64,000 nucleotides of DNA from Antedon mediterranea (Eukaryota; Animalia; Echinodermata), in contig NC_092671.1 of NCBI RefSeq assembly GCF_964355755.1, positions 124,001 through 188,000 of the forward strand. The letters run 5' to 3'. Positions 1 through 13,993 of this stretch are shown one piece after another. Position 1 is the first letter of the stretch; each line of letters opens with the position of its first letter. Position numbers and translations under genes: made by a program. A model generated the notes under the pieces. The model worked only from the letters and a program-made list of their open reading frames with translations. It had not been told where the DNA came from and did no database searches.

Positions 1-3000
1 CAGACGCAATACATTCGTGGTCACATGTATGGCAATTCCTCAGTGGATAAAGTAAAACGCAAATGTATCAAATAATCGCATTGTGCAACCTAATTATATG
101 TGTATTCTCTATCGAACTTAAAATTGTATAATTTAACATTTAAAAGAACGCAAGTAAAATACAACTAAAAATATATATAACAAATTGTACACAATTGTCA
201 GTCCTGTATCATTATCCTTAAAGATTAAATCGACTTGAAAAATAATATATATTTATTCGGGAACTAAATTAAAGTTATATCTATCTATTAATTTTAGTTA
301 TTTATATTTAATATTTTGTTTGCTACTGTGTTTATTGGATGTCCTTTACAAATTACAACCTCTATAATAATTTTACGATAAGTTGTGCCGTTGTTGATGG
401 TTTTCTGAATAAAAATGCAATTAAACAACTGACCCACAATTATTTGTTATTAAGTAACTGTCACGCATCATTTGCTTAATAGTTTTATAAATTTATCAAC
501 ACCATAAACCTGCCACTCAATTGTCATAAATACATAATTATACTCAATACTGTACGTATCTGTGTCGAGTATGGTGCTATAAAAACACACATTTTCAAAA
601 TTAACGTGGTTGTTAAAATATTCAGTATTCACATATTAGTAATGCATTCTGATAAGCAATAGAAAGTTAATTTGATAAGAATTGTATTGTTGTTAGTTTC
701 TCTATGGATTTCATTAGTGGGTCTAATGGCAGTATTCTTGTGAGAATGTCGCAATATTGTTATTCGTAGTGAATAATCTAGAAAGCTTTATATTATTATA
801 TCATAATGGTTCTTTCATTTAAAATGACAGGTGAAACGATGTATGAATGTAGATCGGTATAGAGTAACGTGACCATAATTTGAAAACTATAATGGAATTT
901 CAATTTCTATGTATTTTAATGTACTGTACAATTAATATACCATGAAACAGTGATTGATTATTTTAAATCATCTTCGGTGTGGTTAGGAAATTTATTTTCA
1001 AGCTATTAGTTCCAAGACCATATCCCATTGTTATGAAAATGGAGACGGTTCTCGAACAGCCATCCTGCTCGTGGACAGAGTTACGCTTTTATGTCACCCC
1101 TCCTCCCTTTCGTCCAAAAAATGCGATTTTTTATATTTCTAGCTAATTCTTTATTTTCGTGAATTTTTTGAGAAAATAATTATTATGAATTGTGTGATTT
1201 TCAACATACAGAGGATACACACATTATAATGTGAGGGAGTGCCTGAGTCAGTAATTCATGACAGTCAAAAATAGCTTAGAGTACTAATTTTATTATTAAT
1301 ATATTGAATATCAAAAATTGTAAAAACATACAACCACGCTATGATGATGAAAGCGTTATAAAATGAATGGAAGATTCCACTCCCTCGAGGAACACTCCTC
1401 CTTTGTAACCGACTGGCTAACATTCATTTTTCTGTCGTTACAATGACAGGTTACAGTATATATTCTCATAAAAATACGTCGTTTTATTAATGTAAAGAAG
1501 ACCTGGCAATATTTTATAGGGAAATATTTAATTCGAAATTAAATGTAATATACAATAAAACTAAGTCTTTAAAGGTAAGAAATTCTTATTAGTACCGTAT
1601 AAAATCTTTATACAGTTGTTAATTGTTATGCTGTTTCCGCGTAATTACTTTGCACATAAGGCCTAATATAGAAAATTTTGATCAGCATGATGGCCAATGT
1701 TTTAAGCATTCGATGTGCATGCTTAAAACACCATAGTGGTTAAAGTATTAAGTGATTTAATGTATTTTGTTCTGATAGAGTTCATTTGCAATAATTTAGA
1801 CAAAAGTTATTGAATATTATTACATTTTCTGAACGATGTATAGGCTATATAATGTCATGAGTGAATTCTTGCGAAGAACACCCGGTTCTCTGTACTTTAT
1901 CCCCACTGTCATTATCTGTCCGGTAGTCAGATTCTGCATAATACGTTGCCATGTATCGAGTGACGAGTGGCGCATTACATGTGATATATGTGACTTTGTA
2001 TTATACAATGTGCCATGATACTGGACAGATTATATATCAATTAGAAGAATCGCCTACTTCAATGTGTGGATATCTCAGTGGTTGTTGTTTGTTGGTTTCT
2101 TAAAATATATTAGAATATTAATAATCATTAATATCATGATGAATTCAAAGATATTTTATTCTTAATCATAAAATCATCAAAAACCAATAAAATGATGAAT
2201 GAAATGTATGTGTGTCATTAAACTGCTGCTGCTCTGGTGAATGTAGGTGTATCGATTGTGTTGATTTAAACCATGTAGTACATTTTCTTGTTACTATAGT
2301 AATTACCGTTATTGTGTTTTTTATAATAATACTTCGTGTGCTTTTTTATTTTTTGTTTTGTTTTGTTTCTTATCAAATCTTAATCCAAAATATTCTTTCT
2401 GAACTAATTGTTTTCTATTTCAACCTGGTTATATATAACAGGTCCTGACATTATTTTATAGAATTTAATGTTCTAGAAATAGAATGTGTATATGGCACGT
2501 CATTGTGAGAGAGTCTAACAAATACGCATATATACAGTATTCCTACCCTAGATTTATAAAGTGCTTTATGTTGTGAAACCTCTTTAAGCGCTGATCATAC
2601 AGTAGAAATTAAAGGGAAAAAATAATCCAAACTGAAGTATGGGGATACTACGCCCTTGTCGGTAACCAGGGCTCGGTCTAAATTAAACCCTGACGATGAC
2701 CAGTCGTGGCTCGGCCGCCTTCTACCCTAGTAAAGAAACTGAAACCTGAATATGTTTATACTGTATTCTTAAGTTAGGGAAGACAGAAAATTTGTTTCCC
2801 TGTTCACACTTATAAATATCGTACTGTGATTTATGTATTATATTTTCTTGTGTATCTTTTAAATAAATAATGGGGGCATGAGCTTACTAATACCTCCATT
2901 CGGTCCGGGTTTTATGTTCAAAATAACGTTCTGTAGTTGCAAAGAAATTTGTCTAAAATAAAGTTCGTACACATTTGACGTTCTCATATAGACTAATGGA

Positions 3001-3403
3001 TAAAAGGGAATTAAAAGGTAACCCAGCTCGAACGGCGCTAGTATCGGACTTGCGGGTTAGTGCTATATTCTTTAATGGGAATTTACTGTCTGTTTATGTG
3101 TATAAAATTTTCTGTAAAATTGCAGCATCTCATTTCTTTTGTTACACAAAGTAAATTGCTTAACAAAATTGATTTTACCAAAACCCCTAAACGTATACTT
3201 CCCGTGTTGATGTAATATCCGAGAATCAATGTCATAGAACCCGTAATATAATGTATAGCTTTTATTTGAGTAATTGCTGTTTTTACTCCTTCAAGGTTCT
3301 ATGTGTCACTATATTAAAAAACATTATTAAAGTGTACCGCTTTAAGTTTTGTCAGTAACAAGAACACTGTTGCACGTCTCAATATGAAATGAAAACTGTA
3401 GTT

Positions 3404-6215
3404 AGACGGATGCACAAGCGAAAAATGAAAAATGCGGAACTGCAGACGGACGTTAAGCGTTAGATAAAATCTGCGGTACTGCAGACGAATGTATAAGCTT
3501 TAAAATGAAATATGCGAGACTGCAGACGGCTGTTAAGCGTTAAAATGAAATATAGGAGACTGCAGACGGACGTTAAGCGTTAAAATGAAATCTGCGGAAC
3601 TGCAGACGGACGTTAAGCGTTAAAATGAAATCTGCGGAACTGCAGACGCACGTTAAGCGTTAAAATGAAATATGCGGGACTGCAGACGGACGTTAAGCGT
3701 TAAAATGAAATCTGTGGGACTGCAGACGGACGTTTAGCGTAAAGCTTGGTTCCCACTAGAACGTAACGCAAGGACGTAAACGCAACGCAAGCATTTTAAC
3801 CAATAACAAGCGAAGTTATAGACAGTTAGCAATCACAAGCGAATAAGCCATCGCTTGTGATTGGTCAATTCACTTGCGTTGCGTTACGTCCTTGTGTTGC
3901 GTCGCTAGTGGGAACCACGCTTTAAAATGAATTCTGCGGGACTGCAGACGGACGTTAAGCGTTAAAATGAAATCTGCGGTACTGCAGACGGACGTTAAGC
4001 GTTAAAATGAAATCTGCGAGACTGCAGACGGACGTTAAGCGTTAAATAAAATCTGCGGTACTGCACACGGATATATAAGCGTTAAAATGAAATATGCGAG
4101 ACTGCAGACGGACGTTAAGCGTTAAAATGAAATCTGCGGGACTGCAGACGGACGTTAAGCGTTAAAATGAAATCTGCGGAACTGCAGACGGACGTTAAGC
4201 GTTAAAATGAAATCTGCGGAACTGCAGACGGACGTTAAGCGTTAAAATGAAATCTGCGGGACTGCAGACAGACGTTAAGCATTAACATGAAACCTGCGGG
4301 ACTGCAGACGGACGTTAAGCGTTAAAATAAAATCTGTGGAACTGCAGACGGACGTTAAGCGTTAAAATGAAATCTGCGGAACTGCAGACGGACGTTAAGC
4401 GTTAAATAAAATCTGCGGTACTGCAGACGGGTGTATAAGCGTTAAAATGAAATATAGGAGACTGCAGACGGACGTTAAGCGTTAAAATAAAATCTGCGGG
4501 ACTGCAGACGGACGTTAAGCATTAAAATGAAATCTGCGGAACTGCAGACGGACGTTAAGCGTTAAAATGAAATCTGCGGAACTGCAGACGGACGTTAAGC
4601 GTTAGAATGAAATCTGCGGGACTGCAGACAGACGTTAAGCACTAACATGAAACCTGCGGAACTGCAGACGGACGTTAAGCGTTAAAATGAAATCTGCGGA
4701 ACTGCAGACGGACGTTAAGCGTTAAATAAAATCTGCGGTACTGCAGACGGATGTATAAGCGTTAAAATGAAATATGCGAGACTGCAGACGGACGTTAAGC
4801 GTTAAATAAAATCTGCGGTACTGCAGACGGATGTATAAGCGTTAAAATGAAATATGCGAGACTGCAGACGGACGTTAAGCGTTAAAATGAAATATAGGAG
4901 ACTGCAGACGGACGTTAAGCGTTAAAATGAAATCTGCAGGACTGCAGACGGACGTTAAGCGTTAAAATGAAATCTGCGGAACTGCAGACGGACGTTAAGC
5001 GTTAAAATGAAATCTGCGGGACTGCAGACGGACGTTAAGCATTAACATGAAACCTGCGGGACTGCAGACGGGCGTTAAGCGTTAAAATGAAATCTGCGGA
5101 ACTGCAGACGGACGTTAAGCGTTAAAATGAAATCTGGGGAACTGCAGACGGACGTTAAGCGTTAAATAAAATCTGCGGTACTTCAGACGGATGTATAAGC
5201 GTTAAAATGAAATATGCGAGACTGCAGACGGACGTTAAGCGTTAAATAAAATCTGCGGTACTGCAAACGGATGTATAAGCGTTAAAATGAAATCTGTTAA
5301 GCGTTAAAATGAAATCTGCGGAACTGCAGACGGACGTTAAGCGTTAAATAAAATCTGCGGTACTGCAGACGGATGTATAAGCGTTAAAATGAAATATGCG
5401 AGACTGCAGACGGACGTTAAGCGTTAAAATGAAATATAGGAGACTGCAGACGGACGTTAAGCGTTAAAATGAAATCTGCGGAACTGCAGACGGACGTTAA
5501 GCGTTAAAATGAAATCTGCGGGACTACAGACGGACGTTAAGCATTAACATGAAACCTGCGGGACTGCAGACGGACATTAAGCGTTAAAATGAAATCTGCG
5601 GAACTGCAGACGGACGTTAAGCGTTAAAATGAAATCTGCGGAACTGCAGACGGACGTTAAGCGTTAAATAAAATCTGCGGTACTGCAGACGGATGTATAA
5701 GCGTTAAAATGAAATATGCGAGACTGCAGACGGACGTTAAGCGTTAAATAAAATCTGCGGTACTGCAGACGGATGTATAAGCGTTAAAATGAAATCTGTT
5801 AAGCGTTAAATAAAATCTGCGGTACTGCAGACGGATGTATAAGCGTTAAAATGAAATATGCGCGACTGCAGACGGACGTTAAGCGTTAAAATGAAATATA
5901 GGAGACTGCAGACGGACGTTAAGCGTTAAAATGAAATCTGCGGGACTGCAGACGGACGTTAAGCGTTAAAATAAAATCTGCGGTACTGCAGACGGACGTT
6001 AAGCGTTAAAATGAAATCTGCGGGACTGTAGACGGACGTTAAGCGTTAAAATGAAATCTGCGGGACTGCAGACGGACGTTAAGCGTTAAAATGAAATCTG
6101 CGAGACTGCAGACGGACGTTAAGCGTTAAAATGAAATCTGCGGGACTGCAGACGGACGTTAAGCGTTAAAATGAAATCTGCGAGACTGCAGACGGACGCA
6201 CTATATAAGCGTAAA
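3404..6215 (+). repeat. 40-bp minisatellite (ACTGCAGACGGACGTTAAGCGTTAAAATGAAATCTGCGGA), roughly 65 copies
   Basis: Head-to-tail near-identical 39-40 bp units with no unique spacers; degenerate at the left edge; interrupted by a MITE at 3743-3921. Confidence 0.97.
3743..3921. mobile_element. PIF/Harbinger-type MITE inserted in the 40-bp array
   Basis: TIRs AGCTTGGTTCCCACTAG / CTAGTGGGAACCACGCT with TAA/TTA (TWA) flanks; a related copy at 49906-50001 has TAA/TAA. Confidence 0.85.
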
Positions 6216-9200
6216 ACGTACACAATTAAGTGTTGTTTTTTAAATACCAGAATAATACAGTATTTTTAATACAACCCAGTATTTTAGATTCCATGGACGA
6301 GACACTCTACTCTTTTATTAAACTAAACTATAATCAATGAGTTTAAACATTTGCTACTTTAAATTGTTATTATTTTTGACATGATAAAGTTTATTTATCT
6401 GCATAGCACTGAATTGTGACAATCACAGCCATTTAACCATTTATTTGTATCAAGACACTATGTGAAATGGCACGTTCTTTAGCACGTTAATAAACTAAAA
6501 TGAATTATAACTTCTTCTGTCTCAGACTGTTTCGTTTTATTTTGAAACCATAGAAAGATATATCGGTTCCTTTTCATCTTTATTTTGTACAAAAAATATT
6601 CGTTTTCTTTATAAAACAACTAAACTAAAATGACAGTAACTTTTAACTCACTAATGTAAATCTCTTTTGATATCCATTACTTTTAATATTTTGTAACTCG
6701 AAGTAATTCTTAATTGATCTTTTTTCTGTTGGAATAATTAAACTAGATACATAATAATAATAATTCTGTATAATTATATTTGTCACATCTTATTTTATTA
6801 TCTTACGCACATTCAATTAAAGGAATGCGATATAAATGTGTTTTTACGCCGAAATTGTGTTACTGTATTCGAGAACCATCACGACATGGTGGTACGCGAG
6901 TACATACTTACAGTAGTAAGATCAATTGATTTCAAAGTAATTTTACGTTGAATTAACCACCTCATTTAGAAAGCACGTTTTGTCAATAACATTCAGATTC
7001 TGTTTTTAAAATGCTATTACATATAAGTTATTCTAAACATGCCTGGAATGTATGTACACTTTAAAATGTTTTGTCAAATAATGATCGTGATATGAATAAG
7101 AAGTGCAACTAATTGCTTCAACTAGGTACACAAATAACATTATATGGAAGAAACCTTCTGATCTTTTGAAAAGTAATTGATTAGGCCTACATAAATATAT
7201 TTATTATTATAACTAATGTCTGTAAAATGTATCTTTAAAGGACGAGTTGCTATATCTACCACAGAGCACAGATTGAAAGATTCATAGACATTTCCTTCTT
7301 GTACACAGTCGTCGCAGGGGTGGCGCCAGGATCTTCTCGACGCGGGGGCTACATTCCCCGACGAGGGGGCTATGCGAGCGAAGCGAGCAACACTAGGCTG
7401 GGGCCAGGGGGCCGCCAAGGGCCCCCGGTAGTGGGGGTCCAGGGGGCGAAGCCCCCGGAAGCAACGCGTTCTAGCGTCATTTGAGGTCATTTTAATCAGA
7501 TTTAGGGTAGCCATTTTTTCCATTTTTTATTATTTTTTATAAAATACTGCGTGCAAAAAAACGATGCGCGATGACTGTTTCATTCAATCCTTATTTTTCA
7601 ATTTAAAAAATAAAAGTTCAAAGAAAATTTAGAAAAATAGAGTTGGAGGTCCCGGAAATTGGACTTATTATACTTCAAAACATGAAACAAAATATATAAG
7701 TCCCTATCATGGTTGTGACTGAGCTAAGAAATGTTTGAAAAATAGAGATGTTAGGTCCCGGAAAATGCACTTCTTGTATTTCGAAATATGACCAGCTTTA
7801 TTGTTGGGGCTGAGCTAAGAAAATGTTTAAAACTAGAGCTGCAGGTCTTAAAAAAATTGCATTTTATACTTTGGAAACATCAGGCCTAGAGGCTTAAAAA
7901 CGCAAGCGTAGACCTTTTTCAGTCGGGGAAATAAGTTTATTCCTCCCAAGTGTATGCGTGCGTACCATCTGGACTTCCGAGTGGTGAGAAATTCATGACA
8001 TACAGGACATTGAAAATGTAATAACTTAGCTATAATAAGATGTTGGCTAAGCGAAAATGGCATGTTTTTGTGTTTAGTAATGGATGAAAAATTTATTTTA
8101 GGTGCCCCACGGTACAGAAGGTTCTTGTAAATTAAAAAATTGGTGAACACACGAACAATTAACATAATTCGTTTTTGCTGTAGTGTAGCGTACGTCGACG
8201 CAGTACACGACGTAACCGTCAGTAAACTTCGCCTGGAAAATAACTAAAGTACACATTTTGGTCGCTGGATGGAACATGATATCACGCGTCTCGACCCAAA
8301 CGTTGAACGATTCGTACAAATGGATACCGCCAGACAAGTGCGAACCTAGCTATTGTTTTCTATAGTAAGTTAGATCGCTGGCAATTAAATGAATGCATAT
8401 AAAGTGCATAATATCACTCTGACGTACTCTCACAGTCAATGAAATGTCGCGGTTTTCTAGGCGCTGAAGCTAGCTACGAAGTGAACGCGAACGCTTTTTA
8501 CTGTATATTATATTCCCCGACAAAAAGTACCCGTGTTCCCTTCGGTAACCGTCGGTAAACTTCGCCTGGAAAATAACTACATTACACATTTTGGTCCCTG
8601 CTGGATGGAACTTGATATCACGCGTCTCGACCCAACGTTGAACGATTCGTACAAAGGGATACCGCCAGACAAGTGCGTACCTAGCTAATGTTTAGTAGTA
8701 AGTTAGATCGCTGGCAATAAATGAATGCTTAAAAGTGCATAATATCCCTCTAGTACAGGAAAGATATGCTCAGAATCAGTAAAAGGTTGAAAAAATTGCA
8801 ACAGAATTTTTTTCACCACAATGCTATTCTATAAGGTCCCTATATGAACATACTAAAAGTCTAGAAAAATCCAGGTAGGGGAAATAGGTTTTTTTAAACA
8901 AAATGGCCGCCAATGGCGAAAAATGTCTAAAAATGAACAAAAAACATATATTTTATATCTAATTACCACTTGATAGCAGTTTTTATAATGCTTTTTTATA
9001 TTTCTTTAGTGTCAAACATTTAAACTGCAATATACATATTAATTTAAGTGCTATTTAGCAACAAAAACACACATTTAAGTATCAAGATATCACCACGGTT
9101 ATAATAATAGACAACGTAGTCCTATGCATTATAATGCAGGACTACGGTGTCTAATAAAACAGTTCATTTACATTTGTACTGTCACAACAATAGAATTATA

Positions 9201-10099
9201 CAATCTTAGAATCTATTAATCCATTCATTTTCATTGTCCAGTTATCATCTTCTGTCTATAGGTAGGAATTAAGCATGTGCTGATGCCGTGGTATTCGTCC
9301 CAAACAGTGGTACTGGTGGTAAATTTGTCATCAATGGACACATCACGCCATTTGTAACTTTCCATTCCCCAGTCTGTGGGTTGAAGAAGAGTACTTTCTA
9401 TCCACTGCTGTACCATGGTAATATACACGCAGGGAATGACATTTTGCAGCATTTGTTGTAGGGGGAATAGACTTTATTTCAAGTGCTGTTTTGCTTTTTG
9501 CTACTTTCTCCCAGAACGTATTCCTCCATACAGTATAGCTACCAATGCCAATTCCTCTGATGCGATGGTTTCTTTTTTTTTGGAGACGTTTGGTTTTACA
9601 GAGTTTGTAAGCATACTACTGCCCAGGTGTTATGACTTTTTAAGACCTTTTCCTATACCAAATAGATGGGATGTAGTATCATATCCCTGGATTCCATGTA
9701 TAAAAAGCAAACTAATTTTTACAGAGCTTCACACCAAGGACAGACTTTACATGCATTCACAGTGCTCCCCCATCGAGAACATACAGTATTAAATCAATGA
9801 ATGAAGCAACCGTGACAGAATATAAATTTAAGAGGAAAGAACACATGGGTCAAACCAACCATATTCATCAATAAAGAATCAGTGCACTCACATATACTAT
9901 TTCATCATCTATGTGAGACAGTCATACACAATGCATCATTTGGTGAAAAAGAATCTTATACTTTTCCTGCAGCCCTCTTTTACTCCATTGACCCCATACA
10001 CACTGCTAGACTATTCAGAAACCTTCATCTCACTGCCCACTGTTTGCTACATCAAACCTTTTGGCCCGAAACAGCAACATTTCAAGACACTTATTATGT

Positions 10100-11171
10100 C
10101 AAGTCAAGTCAAGTATCATTTATTATCATTTGTTTTAGGAAAAACATAGAAATTCTGTTTGCTCTGTTGGCGGAGCACAATATCCAACGGACACAAAAAA
10201 AAAAAAAAGTGTCTACATCATATTTAAGGCTCTAATAGATCCTGGAAAGAAACTATTTGTAAATCGTGCCTTATTGGCCTTAATAGAACGAAATCGCCGA
10301 CCGCTGCGCATCAACTGGAACATACTAGAGGCCGGATGAAAGTGATCATCTTTGATAGCCACTGCCTTTTTCAGAAGACGATCCGAAAATATGTTCTCCA
10401 AAGGCAGTTGTGTAGATCCAATTATACGCGATGCGGTCTTGACTATTCTATTTAGGTCACGCTTTTCATTTTCGGTAGCGCTACCGAACCATACCGTTAA
10501 AGAATACGTTATTACACTCTCTATAACTGACCTATAGAAGGACGACATTATTTCAGAGTTTATACCAAATGATTTAAGTCTACGTAGGAAGTAGATTCTT
10601 CTTTGGGCCTTTCTAATAATGTTACGTGTGTTAATATGCCACTTCAGATCATTTGAAATATAAATACCCAAGAATTTAAATTCTTCTACAAACTCAACTG
10701 ATATACCATTAATAAATATTGGATATTTGACATTAAGTGATTTACGGAAATCAACAACCATTTCTTTAGTCTTAGATACATTCAAGAACAGATTGTTTTC
10801 GTTACACCAGTCTACAACTCGTTTAACTTGGTTGCGATAATTAGACTCATCACTGTCATCATTGATTAGACCTACAATGGTAGTATCATCCGCAAATTTA
10901 GCGATGTGACAGTTACTGTAGTAGGTAACACAGTCATAGGTAAATAAAGTAAAAAGAAAGGGCGACAGTACACAGCCCTGTGGTACACCTGTATTTATAA
11001 TACGCTTATCTGATATAATGGTACCCACTTTAGTACGTTGGGGTCGATCAGTTAGAAAGTTTAACACCCAGTTACATATAGAAATATCGAAACCGATTTC
11101 AACCATCTTAGTGTGTAAAAAAAAAAAAAAAAAAAACAAAAAAAAAACGTGTACCATGTATGTTTGTTACG
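10100..11171 (-). mobile_element. 5'-truncated Rex1/Babar-type LINE (RT C-terminal half, open frame ~11117-10213)
   Basis: ORF motifs TGVPQGCVLSPFLF, KFADDTTIVGLI, WCNENNLFLNVSKTKEMVVDFRK and RSGRRFRS; (CTTGA)n 3' tail at ~10100-10115; candidate TSD TTATGT (10094-10099, 11172-11177). Confidence 0.92.
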
Positions 11172-11746
11172 TTATGTGAAGGCAAAGTAAACTATTGTGT
11201 TTAATGGCTATAATTATGGGCCGTAAGTAAATTTGGTTTAGGAAAAGGTGTTGGCCTTAAAAATCATCACATCACAGTAGGAGTTGTATGTCAAATTCTG
11301 TAAACCAAACAGTTTTAAAAAAAAGAAGAAAACATTGCATCAGGAATTTGGCATTGGTACCTATATATTATGGAGGGAAGTCAATGGAGACTTTAGACAG
11401 CCTCTTTTCTTTGAGAAAGTTGCAAAAAGCAAATCTATTCCCTTGCTGCAAAATTTCATTTCGTGAGTCTTTATTACCAGGTATAGCAGTGGATAGGAGA
11501 TACTCTTCAACCCACAGACTAGGGATGGAAAGTATTGATGACAAATTGACTACCAGCACCAGAGAAACTATTAAAGTTGATTAGATGTACCTATAAATAA
11601 GGTTGTAGTAAAATGAATTGCCGTTGCAGAAAATATGGTTTGGACTGCTGCTCCACTATTTTTTAAGAATGCCACGGCATCAGCACATGCTCAATTCCCC
11701 ACCAATAGATGGAGGATGAGATACTGACAAGATGAAAGTGAAATTA

Positions 11747-12143
11747 CCGCATTTATTTGAATAAATGCCCTTGGTGGTTGATTTTTAAGAAGGGTAGTGG
11801 GGGCGTGTAATCGTCGTGATGAGGAGTTTATTCGGAGAGGCGTATATTTTTGTGGGTGTAATATGGGAAACGTGTATAATCAAATAAATACACCCTTTAG
11901 ATATGAACAAATACAACACCATTCAGTGAATTCTATTACAAATAGAGATGTGTTAAAATACAATATTGTGTATAATATGCATGTGGCGGGGCGTACATTC
12001 GAGGAAATAAATTCAAAATGATGTCCGATGGGAGCGGGGGAGGGGGTGCGGTGGCGTAGGTTATTCAAAATGATGTCCTATGGAGGGGGAGGGGGGCATT
12101 TATTCGATTTTTCTAAATGTAGCGTTTATCCGAATAAATACGG
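11747..12143. mobile_element. Tc1/mariner (pogo-like) MITE
   Basis: TA-flanked TIRs CCGCATTTATTTGAATAAATGC / GCGTTTATCCGAATAAATACGG. Confidence 0.75.
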
Positions 12144-13410
12144 TAATAGATTGTGGCGCAAGGATTTTCCCGATGGGGGGGGGGGGGAGGGGTGGAGAGC
12201 GCAGCCAGCATCAATTGGCTGGGCCATCAATGGGAGCGCACCCAGAGGTTCCGATAATATTATACCGGTAAAGGGTAGTTTTACTCACTTTTAAAAATGA
12301 AAATCCTTGAAACAGCACTCAATGGGGTATTGTTTTATAATTATTAGGAAATATCATCATATTATTGTCTATATACATAAAAAATAGCCAATTGTGGAGA
12401 GGGGATGGGGGGACGGACAGACTCCCTCACCCTTCCCATTTGATCTCCCATCCCTATACCCCTCCCCACTGGCACCACCAATGTTGTAATATATTGTTAT
12501 AACAGTACAAATGTAAATGAACTGATTTATTAATAGACACCGTAATCCTATGTATTAAGCATAGGAAGGACTGCGTTTTATATATTATTATAACAATAGG
12601 GATATATCTAGATACTTAAACATTTGTTTTTTCGGCCATTTTCTAATTAACAGCACTTAAAATAATGTGTTTATTGTAGGTCAGATCTTCGAAATTGTAA
12701 AGAAATATATAAACCATTGTAAAAACTGTTATAAAGTGGTAATTAGATCTATCATTTATGTTTTTTTGGTCCTTTTTTAGGAATTTTCGCCATTGGCGGC
12801 CATTTTGTTTAAAAAAACCTATTTCCCCTACCTGGATTTTTCTAGACTTTTAGTATATTCATATAGGGACCTTATAGAAATGCATTGTGGTGAAATAAAT
12901 TCTGTTGCAATTTTTTCAACCATATTTCATAGTTTTCCTGTACTACTCTGACGTACTCTCACGGTCAATGGAACGTCGTGGTTTTCTAGGGGCTGAAGCT
13001 ATGAAGTGAACGCGAACGTTTTTTACTGTATATTATATTGCCCGACAAAAAGTACCCGTGTTCCCCGTCGGGGAGCCTAGCCCCCGTAGCCCCCCCCCCC
13101 CCTGGCGCCACCACTGAGTCGTCGTAAAGAAATGCCGAAAATATCCATCATCAAACGGTCATCTCGTTTTTGTCGAGACTGAACCACAATGTAAATCAGG
13201 TATATCACAAGAATAACTAACATAATATCCTCCCCTTGTCCAATATCGTTTCTTTAGAATAAGTTAAGTAGATGAACATTATGTATATCTGACATAACAA
13301 AATCAACTCTCTCTTGTTCACCACTCAGGCAATTAATGTCTACTGTTAATCTAGTATTTTAAGTCAAGTACTTTCAAAGAATAATAATATTATGGTCTTC
13401 TGTAAGCAAT

Positions 13411-13993
13411 AAAATAAAATCTGCGGTACTGCAGACGGACGTTAAGCGTTAAAATGAAATCTGCGGGACTGCAAACGGACGTTAAGCGTTAAAATGAAAT
13501 CTGCGAGACTGCAGACGGACGTTAAGCGTTAAAATGAAATCTGCGGGACTGCAGACGGACGTTAAGCGTTAAAATGAAATCTGCGAGACTGCAGATGGAC
13601 GCACTATATAAGCGTAAAACGTACACAATTATTAGGTGTTGTTTTTTAAATACCAGAATAATACAGTATTTTTTAATAAAACCCAGTATTTTAGATTCCA
13701 TGGACCAGACACTCTTTTATTAAACTAAACTAATCAAACTAATCAAATTAAACATTTGCTGCTTTAAATTGTTATTGTTTTTGACATGATAAAGTTTATT
13801 TATCTGCATAGCACTTGTGACAATCACAGCCATTTAACCATTTATTTGTATCAAGACAGTATGTGAAATGGCACGTTCTTTAGCACGTTCATAAACTAAA
13901 ATGAATTATAACTTCTTCTGTCTCAGACTGTTTCGTTTTATTTTGAAACTATAGAAAGATATATCGGTATCTTTTCATCTTTATTTTGTACAA
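13411..13993 (+). repeat. Dispersed copy of the 40-bp array end plus ~390 bp of its unique flank (copy of ~5970-6592)
   Basis: Near-identical sequence from AAAATAAAATCTGCGGTAC to TTATTTTGTACAA; bracketed by a 44-bp direct repeat (13353-13396, 13993-14036). Confidence 0.9.

Larger units (their letters stand above)
8751..12945. mobile_element. Academ-like DNA transposon, decayed, with long inverted arms
   Basis: Termini TAGTACAGGAAA / TTTCCTGTACTA; 3-bp TSD CTC, with the empty site visible at 8411-8428; TIRs of several hundred bp. Transposase remnants: LLFIHGIQGYDTTSHLFGIGKG and QQWIESTLLQPTDWG on the minus strand; YTFPAALF, TIVFNGY and FGLGKG on the plus strand. Confidence 0.8.
7315..13116. 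mobile_element. Non-autonomous hAT-type DNA transposon carrying nested insertions
   Basis: TIRs CAGGGGTGGCGCCAGG / CCTGGCGCCACCACTG; perfect 8-bp TSD AGTCGTCG (7307-7314, 13117-13124); internal ~330-bp tandem duplication (8214-8540 vs 8545-8750 plus 12946-13070). Confidence 0.9.

Noticed and set aside
7140-7523. GC-rich ORFs on both strands
   Set aside because: They span the hAT terminus; typical spurious frames of GC-rich MITE ends.
11118-11157. Hydrophobic N-terminus (MVHVFFLFFFF) of the 314-aa ORF as a signal peptide
   Set aside because: It is translated poly-T at the LINE truncation point.
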